A stretch of 64,000 nucleotides of DNA from a virus: positions 19,951-83,950 of the IMG/VR virus record IMGVR_UViG_3300003702_000965; one strand, 5' to 3'. The notes below the pieces were generated by a model. The model did no database searches and had not been told where the DNA came from. It saw only the letters and a list, made by a program, of their open reading frames with translations. Below, in pieces: positions 38,231 to 47,781 of this stretch (position 1 is the first letter of the stretch; each line of letters begins with the position of its first letter). Both the position numbers and the translations under genes were made by a program.

Positions 38231-38832
38231 GTCTCTCTTTCGGGATAGAACAACAAGAGAAAGAAAAAGAGTTACTAACCTACTATTGGTTTGAAAACGG
38301 TTTTTCGCCGAGTCAATGCAAACAAATTATCGAGCTAGGAAGACGGTATCCCCGACTCGATGCCCAAGTTTTCGCGGATGATGGCGGGAAAAAAGGTGCT
38401 AGCTCCTCCGACACTAGAAATAGCACCGTAAGGTGGATAGATATATATGACCCCAGTGCGGAATGGATAATACGTGAATTGGGTCGAATGGCTATAGAAG
38501 CTAACGAGGCGTTGTTCAAATTAGATTTGTATGGTTTTACTGAAAATTTGCAGTTCACAGAATACGAAGGAAAAGGAACGCATTATAATTGGCATCCCGA
38601 TATTGGTCCCAAACAAAATAAAAGAAAGTTAAGTATAGTTATTCAGCTGAGCGACGAAAAAGATTACGATGGAGGGGAACTGATTATAAACACAGGAAAC
38701 TTAGTGACCCCGAACAAAAGACAAGGGAACGTGATATTTTTTCCATCTTTTCTACTTCATAAAGTAGAGCCTTTGAAGTCTGGGAATAGATACTCTTTAG
38801 TTTGTTGGATTAGTGGTAACGCTTGGAGATGA
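38227..38832 (+). CDS. 2OG-Fe(II) oxygenase (prolyl-hydroxylase/PKHD-like)
   Basis: 'QFTEY...HYNWHPD...RKLS..IQLS...YDGGEL...FPSFLLHKVEP..GNRYSLV.W'. Confidence 0.88.
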   Translation: MSLSFGIEQQEKEKELLTYYWFENGFSPSQCKQIIELGRRYPRLDAQVFADDGGKKGASSSDTRNSTVRWIDIYDPSAEWIIRELGRMAIEANEALFKLDLYGFTENLQFTEYEGKGTHYNWHPDIGPKQNKRKLSIVIQLSDEKDYDGGELIINTGNLVTPNKRQGNVIFFPSFLLHKVEPLKSGNRYSLVCWISGNAWR

Positions 38833-39845
38833 ATAAGAAAGAAAGAATTTTATCGGCGTCGAGAATTAAGACCTTGGAGACTTGCACTTGGTCTTATTGG
38901 TGCAACTATCACCTCAAGCTTCCCCAAAGACAGAATGAGGGAGCGTTAAGGGGCACAATATGTCATTTAGTGTTCGAACTTCTTTTGAAGCCCAGACATA
39001 AGCGTCATTATGATGATATAGTATTAGGGGGAAGCATAACCTGTTCTCCTGCGGTTGCTGGGTTAGTTTTGAAAAATCTTAAGCGCGATAGAATCAAACA
39101 CGACTTGCCTATGGATAGCGATCAAAACTTTTCTTTGATGGATAAAATGATTTTAGTTGGTTTATCGCACGACTACACCTGCAAAGGAGGTACGATAGAT
39201 AAGCCGGAATATGAGTTTTTACTAGAGAGCGACTCTCCCAAATATAAGATAAGAGGCTTCATTGATAAGCCTGCCGTTTACGACAAAAATAAGGTTGTAA
39301 AAATTATAGATTACAAGAGCAGTAAAAACAGATTTCCCCAGAAAGAGCTACCCTCCAATATTCAAGCCATGGCGTATTCCTTAGCGGCTAAAAAAGAATG
39401 GCCAGATTATACCCCTGTCGTTGAATTTTTGTTTTTGAGACATCCTAGAAAGCCCACCCAAACAATAGAGATTTCCGACGAACAACTAGAAGGCTTCGAG
39501 TATTATTTAGAGCACTGCTATTCTATAATTAACAACTATTCTGAAGAGACGGCCACTTCAAGGTACGCGGCCGATTACGACGAAGATAAATGGATGTGTA
39601 AAATAGGTTCTTGGAAGTGTCCTTACCTCGAGCCTTTTGATTATTTTTGTTTATTAGACGAGCAAGGAGAGGTCTTGGAGAAAAGCCTGAAGGATGATTT
39701 TAAAGCCGAAGTTGGACAGACGGTAGTTAAAGAGAAATACAACGGTTGCCCCAGACACTTTATCCAAAGGCAAAGTAGAGTGGATCCTTTTTCTGGCATA
39801 TCGGAACCGAACGCTATAGGCTCCAATGATCCATTCGACTTCTAA
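38823..39845 (+). CDS. PD-(D/E)XK RecB-family nuclease
   Basis: 'LSASRIK...C', 'GTICH', 'RGFID', 'IIDYKS', 'Q..AY', C-terminal cysteines. Confidence 0.85.
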   Translation: MEMNKKERILSASRIKTLETCTWSYWCNYHLKLPQRQNEGALRGTICHLVFELLLKPRHKRHYDDIVLGGSITCSPAVAGLVLKNLKRDRIKHDLPMDSDQNFSLMDKMILVGLSHDYTCKGGTIDKPEYEFLLESDSPKYKIRGFIDKPAVYDKNKVVKIIDYKSSKNRFPQKELPSNIQAMAYSLAAKKEWPDYTPVVEFLFLRHPRKPTQTIEISDEQLEGFEYYLEHCYSIINNYSEETATSRYAADYDEDKWMCKIGSWKCPYLEPFDYFCLLDEQGEVLEKSLKDDFKAEVGQTVVKEKYNGCPRHFIQRQSRVDPFSGISEPNAIGSNDPFDF

Positions 39846-40566
39846 AACATTTATAGAAATAGGGTCTAATTGTTTTGACACCTTAAACTTCTTGGGAGGT
39901 GAAGGTTGGAGTGGGGTAATCATTGAGCCTGTTGAATACTATTTAAATAAAATTTCTCCCAAATATGAAAACATAGTTTATGAAAACTTTGCGGTATCTG
40001 ACATTAACGAAAAAAAAGATTTTGTTTACTTCGATCCGGAAAAGCTAGACTCAATAGAAGACTATAGGGAGAGCTTCGCTTCTTTCGATCGCTCTGATTT
40101 AGGAAAGTGGGTTAGCGGCGCAGGTTCTTTGGATGAATCTGGCATCTCTACTGCCTTTGATAATTTTCCCGAAGAATTCATGATAAAGAAAAAGGTGGAT
40201 TGTTTTACTTTAGATTACGTTATTGAAAAACATAAATTGGATAGGGTAGACGCCCTTAAAATAGACGCCGAAGGACAAGAGTGGAGGATACTACGCTTAT
40301 TTAGCTTTAGGGTCAGACCGTTTTGGATCAAATTCGAAACGGACCATTTTAAGAAATCCGAAAAGGGCAGGCGCAATTTGCGATATATTTATAGTAAGCT
40401 CATGTCCTTGGGTTACTCAATCAGAAAGCTTAAACATGATTGCATTTGCATCCATTCTTCCACATACATTTCCAGCCCGACCCTCTCAACAGACGACGCC
40501 ATTAAGCGTTACAAGAAAGATTTTCAGCATCTAAAAACTCTTGACGAGCTGGAAAGCGTCGTTTAG
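39826..40566 (+). CDS. FkbM-family methyltransferase
   Basis: 'FIEIGSN', 'IEPV', 'AVSD', 'TLD', 'LKIDAEG.E'. Confidence 0.85.
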   Translation: MIHSTSKTFIEIGSNCFDTLNFLGGEGWSGVIIEPVEYYLNKISPKYENIVYENFAVSDINEKKDFVYFDPEKLDSIEDYRESFASFDRSDLGKWVSGAGSLDESGISTAFDNFPEEFMIKKKVDCFTLDYVIEKHKLDRVDALKIDAEGQEWRILRLFSFRVRPFWIKFETDHFKKSEKGRRNLRYIYSKLMSLGYSIRKLKHDCICIHSSTYISSPTLSTDDAIKRYKKDFQHLKTLDELESVV

Positions 40567-40569
40567 ACT
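40541..40569 (+). promoter_or_regulatory. Sigma70-like promoter for the polymerase genes
   Basis: TTGACG-N17-TAGACT, spacer contains GAAAGCGT. Confidence 0.7.
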
Positions 40570-40579
40570 AGCTTCGGTG

Positions 40580-41332
40580 ATGATTCCTCTTTTTAAGAGC
40601 CACTATTCCATAGGTAGAAGCATCCTGAGCCTTTCTCCCGAAGGTTCTTCTGGAGATTCTATTATTTCCATATGCAAGGAGGCGGAGATAGAGGACTTGT
40701 TCCTTGTGGAGGATTCTATGAGCGGGTTTTTAGAGGCTTATGTGAATAGTTTGGAAGCCAAGATCAAGTTGATATTTGGGCTAAGAATTACATTATGTTC
40801 TGACGCAAAACAAAAAAATGAAGAATCTAGGTTGGGGAGCAGCAAAGTAGTAGTTTTCTGTAAAAACGCCAAAGGGTACAAGAGGCTTGTCAAAATATAT
40901 GGGATAGCAGCTAAGGATGGCTTTTATTATGAGCCTAGAGTTGACTTAAATTTATTGAAGGAGTTTTGGAAAGATTCCGAGTTGATGTTGTGTGTTCCGT
41001 TCTATGATTCTTTCTTATATAGCAATTTTTTAAATGGGGGCAACTTTGTTCCAGACTTCAGCTTCTGTGAGCCTGTGTTTTTTATTGAGGACAACGAGCT
41101 CCCGTTTGACGGCATACTTGCAGACAAAGTAAAGGATTATTGCGGAAGCTCATTAGAGATGAAGAGGTCAAAGAGTATTTTTTATAAGGACAGAAAGGAT
41201 TTTATAAGTTATCTTACTTTTAAATGTATCAACAAAAGGAAGACTCTCAACAAGCCCAATTTAGATCACATGTGCTCTGAAGAGTTCTGCTTAGAAAGCT
41301 GGCAAGATGGACGAACACTTACTAAGGTATAA
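40580..41332 (+). CDS. Stand-alone PHP domain of DNA polymerase III alpha
   Basis: 'KSHYSIGRS', 'KLIFG', 'KN..GYKRL.KI', 'FYYEPRVD'; the listed start at 40541 lies in the -35 box. Confidence 0.8.
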   Translation: MIPLFKSHYSIGRSILSLSPEGSSGDSIISICKEAEIEDLFLVEDSMSGFLEAYVNSLEAKIKLIFGLRITLCSDAKQKNEESRLGSSKVVVFCKNAKGYKRLVKIYGIAAKDGFYYEPRVDLNLLKEFWKDSELMLCVPFYDSFLYSNFLNGGNFVPDFSFCEPVFFIEDNELPFDGILADKVKDYCGSSLEMKRSKSIFYKDRKDFISYLTFKCINKRKTLNKPNLDHMCSEEFCLESWQDGRTLTKV

Positions 41333-41951
41333 TAAGAATAAAGAATTAGTGTTTATAGATTGCGAGACTCTAAATCTCTGCTTGAATGAATGCTATAATC
41401 TTCCTTGGCAGATAGCCATGCTAAAAGTCAAGGGCTCGAAAATAGTCGACTCCAAAGACCTGTACATCAAGTGGGATACAGATTTAAAAATTTCTAAAGA
41501 AGCGGCCGACATAACTGGATTCAATCCTAAAAAAGTCGAGGACATAGGAATATCTCCCAAGTCTGCCTTTGAGCAAATTCGGGATTGGCTTGATGAAAGC
41601 GACAGGATAGTGGGACACAATATTCTTGGGTTCGATATATATCTTTTAAGGATTTTGTATAAGAAATTTGGAGAAATTGAAGGCTACAAAAAATTAGTCT
41701 ACAAAATAATAGACACAAACTGCATAGCCAAGGGCATAAAATTTGGCACACCGTATTCCCCCAAGGAAGACTTTTTACCGTACCAATACAGGATGTATCA
41801 TACAATCAAAAGAGGGGTTAGGACGAATCTCACCGCTCTTGGTAGAGAGAACAAGGTGGAACATGATTACGACAACCTTCATGACGCCTTGGTGGATCTT
41901 GAGTTAAATTTGAAAGTTTGGGATATATTAAAATGGCAAGTGGAAATATAA
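41307..41951 (+). CDS. DEDDh 3'-5' exonuclease (DnaQ-like)
   Basis: 'FIDCET', 'GHNILGFD', 'HDALVD'. Confidence 0.9.
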   Translation: MDEHLLRYNKNKELVFIDCETLNLCLNECYNLPWQIAMLKVKGSKIVDSKDLYIKWDTDLKISKEAADITGFNPKKVEDIGISPKSAFEQIRDWLDESDRIVGHNILGFDIYLLRILYKKFGEIEGYKKLVYKIIDTNCIAKGIKFGTPYSPKEDFLPYQYRMYHTIKRGVRTNLTALGRENKVEHDYDNLHDALVDLELNLKVWDILKWQVEI

Positions 41952-42622
41952 TAACAAGTTTCGATCAGTTTGATTTCGAGGTCCTTAAAAGCTTTGATAA
42001 GATTATCGTCTCTGGCCCTCAAAGATCAGGAACAAATTTAGCTTGTCAGTATCTTGACAGTGTTTTAGGTTACAATTATATAGATGAGCTGGAATTTAAC
42101 TTTTTTTTAGAGACTCATTTTTTAGAAAAAATCAAAGAACACAAGAAACTGATAATGCAGGCTCCGACAATGAGCCATATACTGCACTTGATAGAAGAGC
42201 CCAAAACTTGTGTCTTTTTTCTTTTTAGAAACCCCTCTGAAATAATTAGGTCTCAAAATAGAGTTAGATGGGCAGCTGAAAAACATGAGCGGAAAAATTA
42301 CACTAGTAAGGAATATGAGTTCTTACCTATCTCAATTGCTAAATATTCAGAATGGTGTTTTCATCAAAGAAAACTAATGAAGGTCCCTTTCTTTGAATTA
42401 GACTTCGAAGCTCTTCGTAGCTCTCCCATTTGGTCTTCGGATTTTGGGTCTAGTAGTGATTACCAACCAGATACCTCTTGGAAACCAGCCAGCGCTAAAG
42501 ATGATGGTGGCAGATGGGCTTTTGTGGACACAGGGAAAGGGAAGAACAGATCACTTAAAGTAGTAGAGTATTGGTTTGAGACAGATGAGGCTATTGAAAA
42601 ATGCAGGATACCAAGAAAATAA
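41918..42622 (+). CDS. Sulfotransferase-like P-loop protein
   Basis: 'IVSGPQRSGTN' and 'FRNP..IIRS' resemble PAPS-binding motifs; start uncertain. Confidence 0.6.
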   Translation: MGYIKMASGNIITSFDQFDFEVLKSFDKIIVSGPQRSGTNLACQYLDSVLGYNYIDELEFNFFLETHFLEKIKEHKKLIMQAPTMSHILHLIEEPKTCVFFLFRNPSEIIRSQNRVRWAAEKHERKNYTSKEYEFLPISIAKYSEWCFHQRKLMKVPFFELDFEALRSSPIWSSDFGSSSDYQPDTSWKPASAKDDGGRWAFVDTGKGKNRSLKVVEYWFETDEAIEKCRIPRK

Positions 42623-45204
42623 AAAGTTTCTCTAAGAGCTTTTCCAAGCTGTCCCTTGATACGAATGGGGTAAGACTGCCTGATTTCGAGATAGAATCCA
42701 AGTCGCGAAAAGCCTATGGAGTTAGCGAAGATAAGAGTAACCATTATTTCCTTAGGTCTTTGTCTTACGCTGGCTACGAGGACAAACTGAAACTTCATAA
42801 AATAGATCCCAAGGATGCAGAAAAATACGTGGAGAGAGCCAAGTACGAACTAGACACTATATTAGATTTGGGGTTTGTGGATTATATTTTACTTGTCTGG
42901 GACGTGATCAACTTTTGCAAGAGGAATGACGTCCCCATAGGGTTAGGCAGAGGATCTGCCGCTGGCAGTTTGATTCTTTATTTGATTGGAGTTACTGGTA
43001 TAGATCCAATAAAACATGAATTATTTTTTGAGAGATTTATATCTAAAACCAGAGCAAAGAAAAAAGTTGTTAATGGGGTGACGTATCTTGATGGTTCGTT
43101 AATGTGTGATGTAGATTTGGACATATGTTATTACAAAAGACAAGCTGTGTTGGATTTTTTAGAAAATAAATTTAAAAATAGAACAGCTAAGATATTGACC
43201 CTCAACACTTTAAGCGGAAAGCTTCTAATAAAAGAGTGCGGCAAAGTGGTATACGAGAAGTCTGAAACAGAAATGAATACTGTAAGCAGCATGATACCCA
43301 AAGTTTTCGGCAAGGTACACGACATAGAAGACGCCTATAAAGAAGTCCAAGATTTTAGAGAATGGTGCGATGCTAATCCCAAAGCTTATGAAATAGCATT
43401 AAAGTTGAGGGGCTTAATTAAAAATAAAGGTGTCCATCCTTCTGGCGTTTTACTCTCTTATGGCTTGCTCGAGGATTCTTGTCCGACAGAATTATCATCT
43501 GACAAAGCTACGGTTTCGTCTTTTGATATGAACTGGGCCTCTCTGTCTAATGTGAAATTAGATATCCTTGGACTTAGAAGTGTTTCTGTTGTCGATCAGA
43601 CCTGCAAGGAGGTCGGCATAAAGCTTGCGGAGATCGATATTGAGCAACCAGAAATATACCAGAATTTACAGGATCTTAGATGTCCACATGGATTGTTCCA
43701 AATTGAAGCTGAAACTAATTATAAAGTTTGCCAAAAAGTTAAGCCGAAAGACTTACAAGAGCTTAGCGCCGTATTGGCTCTCGCTAGGCCCGGAGCTTTA
43801 GCTTATGTTGACCAGTACGCTAATTATACTAATACAGGGGTTTACGATGTTATCCATCCTTTTTTCGATGACATTTTGTCATCAACAGGTGGCGTCTGTC
43901 TATACCAAGAGCAGATGATGAAAATGGCCAACAAGGTAGGGTTCACATTAGACGAAGCCGAGATTTTGAGGCGGATCGTCGGGAAGAAGAAAACTAAAGA
44001 AGTTAGGCAATGGAAGAAGAAGATTAGAGAAAAGATTAAGGAGAATAGGCTCAATAGTGAGTGGATGGGCGACAAAGGCAATGTTGACATAGGAGATGTG
44101 TTGTGGGGCGTATTAGAAGATTCTTCCAATTATTCTTTTAATAAATCTCACTCAATAGCTTATGCGGCACTTTCAGCTTCTACCATATACCTTAAGTTTA
44201 ATTATCCCAAAGAGTTCTTTTTGTCGCTTCTTAAAATGACTAGATATGAACCAGACCCCATAGGCGAGATATCTAAGATAGAAAAAGAATTGTCGTATTT
44301 TGATATCAGGCTGCTTCCTCCGCACATAACGAAGTCAGATATGGACTTTAGCATTGAGGGGGGCGACATAAGATTTGGGTTATTGTCCATTAAGGGAATA
44401 TCAGATAAGTCGATAGAGAAACTCGCTAATTTTAAAAACGCATACTCCAATAAGTTTGAAATATTTGAGGGAGCTAAAGAATCTGGATTAGGCATAGGGA
44501 TCTTGTGCGCGTTAATACAAGCTGGAGCGCTGGAGGGATTTAAGGTTTCTAGAAGTAAGATAGTTTACGAGGCCCAGCTTTGGAACATCCTTACTAAAAA
44601 AGAAAAAATGGTCGCTATGAAATTAGGAGAAAGCTTCCAGTATGACTTGGTTGAAACCGTCAGGAAGCTTTCTGTTTTTCAGGACGATGTCGGCAAGCTT
44701 GTGATCAAAGAATCAAGGATGAACACAATTAAAAAACATTCTGAGCCATACAAACAAATTTACAGTCAAAATAAAAAATCTGAAAGCTTTGCCAACTGGT
44801 GGTACGAGAGGAGCCTGTTGGGCTATACTCACAATAAATCCTTAAAGGAGATATTTTCAGAAAAGAGACCCGACCTACTCTCAATAAGAGAAGTATCAGA
44901 ACAGGCAGAAAGAGTTCCAGTAGTTTTTGTTGGATATGTAAACGACAAACCCTACAAAGGCAAATCAAGAAGAGGCACTGATTATTTAAGATTGGAAGTC
45001 GCAGACGAGACTGGTCTTACAAAGGTGATGCTTTTCAGTGAAAGAGTAAATAAATGTAAGAGAGACAATAATGGAGCCTATCCACAAAAAGACAGTATTG
45101 TAATTGTTAAAGCTAATACGGCTGATGACGCTGTTTTTGCTGATATGGTTGTCGTTCAAAACAACAAGGTATTCACCAAACTATCTGACTTAAAAGACAA
45201 CTAG
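42601..45204 (+). CDS. dnaE: DNA polymerase III alpha catalytic subunit lacking the N-terminal PHP domain
   Basis: 'GRGSAAGSL', 'LFFERF', 'DVDLD', 'HPSG', 'KLDILGL', 'LYQEQ', 'YSFNKSH', 'IRFGL..IKG', C-terminal OB-like region. Confidence 0.93.
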   Translation: MQDTKKIKSFSKSFSKLSLDTNGVRLPDFEIESKSRKAYGVSEDKSNHYFLRSLSYAGYEDKLKLHKIDPKDAEKYVERAKYELDTILDLGFVDYILLVWDVINFCKRNDVPIGLGRGSAAGSLILYLIGVTGIDPIKHELFFERFISKTRAKKKVVNGVTYLDGSLMCDVDLDICYYKRQAVLDFLENKFKNRTAKILTLNTLSGKLLIKECGKVVYEKSETEMNTVSSMIPKVFGKVHDIEDAYKEVQDFREWCDANPKAYEIALKLRGLIKNKGVHPSGVLLSYGLLEDSCPTELSSDKATVSSFDMNWASLSNVKLDILGLRSVSVVDQTCKEVGIKLAEIDIEQPEIYQNLQDLRCPHGLFQIEAETNYKVCQKVKPKDLQELSAVLALARPGALAYVDQYANYTNTGVYDVIHPFFDDILSSTGGVCLYQEQMMKMANKVGFTLDEAEILRRIVGKKKTKEVRQWKKKIREKIKENRLNSEWMGDKGNVDIGDVLWGVLEDSSNYSFNKSHSIAYAALSASTIYLKFNYPKEFFLSLLKMTRYEPDPIGEISKIEKELSYFDIRLLPPHITKSDMDFSIEGGDIRFGLLSIKGISDKSIEKLANFKNAYSNKFEIFEGAKESGLGIGILCALIQAGALEGFKVSRSKIVYEAQLWNILTKKEKMVAMKLGESFQYDLVETVRKLSVFQDDVGKLVIKESRMNTIKKHSEPYKQIYSQNKKSESFANWWYERSLLGYTHNKSLKEIFSEKRPDLLSIREVSEQAERVPVVFVGYVNDKPYKGKSRRGTDYLRLEVADETGLTKVMLFSERVNKCKRDNNGAYPQKDSIVIVKANTADDAVFADMVVVQNNKVFTKLSDLKDN

Positions 45205-45211
45205 CGGTCCC

Positions 45212-47044
45212 TTGAATATTCTAGGTATAAATATAAGTCACGACGCCTCCCTTGCCTTAGTGCGGAGCGGCAGACTAGTCGGTGCTACCAGCATAGAGAG
45301 GTATTCAAGAATCAAAAAAGATTCTAACATAAGACGGGAGCATATAGATAGATTTTTGGCTGACTTTGGTTTGGAGCTAACAGATATTGACACTATAGCT
45401 CTTTCTTTTTATATTAGGGGATGCATTCCTTTCATGTCTTTATACAGTCCTGAGGACCAAGTCTATCCTTTCTGCACCTACGGGTCACATCGTGAAGACA
45501 CAAAGATATTAAGTATCCTAAAACCAACACTAATAGAAGGTAAAGGTTATACCATCGCCGATTTCGTCACAAGATTAAGACCACCGTATTCTGGCGATAC
45601 AATATCTGGCACCTTTTCTTTCAAAGTAAATGTTAAATTTGATGGGGTAGATAAATTATTTGATGGATATTTGGTAGATCACCAAGCGGCTCATGCCGCT
45701 TCTGTGTTTTATACTTCGAAATTTGACAGGTCTATGGTTTTTACGGCCGACGCTTCCATGCATGATGCTACTGCTTGTTCGATGTGGTGGTATGGGTTTG
45801 ATAATTTTGTTCAGCCTTTCAGATGTCCCGGTTATATGATGGGTAATTTTTATGATGTAGCTACTGAATTCTGCGGAATTGGCCCGGGCACGTTTAAAGC
45901 CGGATCTCTAATGGGGCTATCTTCCTATGGAAGAGTCAGCGAAAAGACTATTGCCAATTGGAAAGAATGGACAAAGCCATATGGAGAAAGGGAGGAAAAA
46001 GAGGATCACATATATTGTGATTGGTTGTTTTCTCAAATATCTGGAAAATTTCCCACTATTGGAACCGCCATTCCTGAAATAGTGAACGAACTTGGTTACC
46101 ACGAAAGTTACACTAGGAGATTCCAACAAGTCTTCTCCAAAGAAGAGAGCGATAAAGGGGAGTGTATGAATGTAGCTGCCTCCATACAATATATAACCGA
46201 ACGATCCCTCGTCAAATATACCCAACAACTATACGACGAATCAGAAGAATTCAACGAAGGCAATTTGTGTTTGTCTGGTGGATTATTCTTGAACTGCAAC
46301 GCCAACTATAAAATTCTAAAAGAAACTCCTTTTGAAAACCTTCACATTTTTCCCGCATGCGGAGATGATGGCGTATCTGTTGGGGCAGCTTTATATGTTT
46401 ATCATCATATATTTGAGAACAGAAGAGAATCTTATGATAATTCAGAGTTGATGTATACCGGTAGTCGCCAAAAATTTCGCCCGATCCAACCTCATCAATA
46501 TGATTTTCTATGCCGGGAAATCTCGCAAGGTAAAATAGTTTGCTGGCACCAAGGTAGATCTGAATTTGGCCCAAGAGCTTTGGGGCATCGTTCGTTTATA
46601 GCTGACGCTAGAAACGAAAAAATGAAAGACACGCTTAATCATAGAGTAAAATTTAGAGAATGGTATCGGCCTTTTGCTCCAGCGGTTTTGGTTGAAGACG
46701 CACACGAATGGTTTGACTTGGAAATTCCCTCTCCCTTCATGCTTTATACCGTTCCCTGTAAAAAACCAAAACAAATCCCTTCCGCAGTTCATGTAGACAA
46801 TACTTCCAGAGTTCAAACAGTGGATCGAAAAGATAACCCTGAGTTCTATGATTTAATTCATCATTTTAAAAAATTAACAGGAGTTCCGGTATTGTTAAAC
46901 ACATCGTTAAATATTAAAGGAGAGCCTATTGTCGAGACGGAAGAAGACTCTATTAAACTTTTCAAGGAGTCAGACGCAGATATACTCGTTCTGAACGGTA
47001 AAATAGTAGAAAAAAAACCTCCTTCAAGACCGTTTTTAAACTGA
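45212..47044 (+). CDS. O-carbamoyltransferase (NodU/CmcH/TobZ family)
   Basis: 'HDAS', 'ERYSR.K', 'H..AHAAS', 'G.LMGLSSYG', 'SGGLFLNC', 'EFGPRALG.RS', 'KFREWYRPFAP', 'LNTSLN..GEP'. Confidence 0.92.
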   Translation: MNILGINISHDASLALVRSGRLVGATSIERYSRIKKDSNIRREHIDRFLADFGLELTDIDTIALSFYIRGCIPFMSLYSPEDQVYPFCTYGSHREDTKILSILKPTLIEGKGYTIADFVTRLRPPYSGDTISGTFSFKVNVKFDGVDKLFDGYLVDHQAAHAASVFYTSKFDRSMVFTADASMHDATACSMWWYGFDNFVQPFRCPGYMMGNFYDVATEFCGIGPGTFKAGSLMGLSSYGRVSEKTIANWKEWTKPYGEREEKEDHIYCDWLFSQISGKFPTIGTAIPEIVNELGYHESYTRRFQQVFSKEESDKGECMNVAASIQYITERSLVKYTQQLYDESEEFNEGNLCLSGGLFLNCNANYKILKETPFENLHIFPACGDDGVSVGAALYVYHHIFENRRESYDNSELMYTGSRQKFRPIQPHQYDFLCREISQGKIVCWHQGRSEFGPRALGHRSFIADARNEKMKDTLNHRVKFREWYRPFAPAVLVEDAHEWFDLEIPSPFMLYTVPCKKPKQIPSAVHVDNTSRVQTVDRKDNPEFYDLIHHFKKLTGVPVLLNTSLNIKGEPIVETEEDSIKLFKESDADILVLNGKIVEKKPPSRPFLN

Positions 47045-47049
47045 AGAAA

Positions 47050-47619
47050 ATGACTCTAGATCAGCCAGAACTATTCGGTGATTTTTTTGAAGTTAGAACT
47101 TCATTAGGAGATATTCCAGATAAATTTGACATAACTGAGATTCCTTTTTTTGATGGCGGCATTGGGACAGCTTTCGACAACGCTAATAAAAAGATCGCCA
47201 AAACAAGATCCTTGCCCCCAAAGGTCTACTACGTATACAAAGAAGGACACCCGCTATTCCCTGCTCTGCCTTTCATCAAAAACGAAAGAACGGGAGTTAT
47301 ATACAGCATAACCGACACTAAACACTCTTACCCTATAGTATCACTGAACAAGAAGGCAGACGTGTGGTGGGACGTGCACAAGCTAGTAGGACATGCTTTC
47401 ATTAAAAACCCTGACCCCTCACGCAAATATCAAATAGACCATATTAACGAAGACAATTTAGAGTTTTGTCTAGAAGTCATAAAGGTTTTCGGCTACGCAA
47501 GAGCAGCCCCCCACATGGTAGATTTTAGACCCCAAAATTTACGTTGGGTCACAAACTCAGAGAACCTCCGAGCAATGCATCGCAGCAAAAGACTTAATTC
47601 GCAAACCCTTGAGACTTAA
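47050..47619 (+). CDS. HNH endonuclease-like protein
   Basis: 'VHKLVGHAFI.NP...IDHINED...NLRWVT.SEN'. Confidence 0.8.
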   Translation: MTLDQPELFGDFFEVRTSLGDIPDKFDITEIPFFDGGIGTAFDNANKKIAKTRSLPPKVYYVYKEGHPLFPALPFIKNERTGVIYSITDTKHSYPIVSLNKKADVWWDVHKLVGHAFIKNPDPSRKYQIDHINEDNLEFCLEVIKVFGYARAAPHMVDFRPQNLRWVTNSENLRAMHRSKRLNSQTLET

Positions 47620-47723
47620 CGGTTTACAGTAAAAAAAGTTTGTTTCCGTAAACCCTTGGCGCTTAGTAACTTACGTTTTTAATAATAATTATTTTTTAAG
47701 TTGTTGGTGATTAAAGACTTACG
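47600..47723. repeat. Three phased 29-bp imperfect palindromes
   Basis: CGCAA-N19-TTACA (47600), CGTAA-N19-TTACG (47647), TTTAA-N19-TTACG (47695); periods 47 and 48 bp. Confidence 0.7.
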
Positions 47724-47741
47724 ATTTCTAGAAAAAACATA

Positions 47742-47770
47742 TTGACAAGTCCGAAAGTAACATGTAGGAT
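47742..47770 (+). promoter_or_regulatory. Sigma70-like promoter
   Basis: TTGACA-N17-TAGGAT, spacer contains GAAAGTAA. Confidence 0.75.
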
Positions 47771-47781
47771 AATTTCCAGTT

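Noticed and set aside
38823-39845. Cas4 as part of a CRISPR system
   Set aside because: RecB-family nuclease in a replication module, with no cas1/cas2 or array
15491-45204. Inteins or introns in nrdJ, recA, dnaB or dnaE
   Set aside because: Lengths are normal, motifs are contiguous, and no intein ends or LAGLIDADG inserts are seen
47600-47723. 29-bp repeats as a mini-CRISPR array
   Set aside because: Units are too divergent and the linkers are only 18-19 bp and AT-rich
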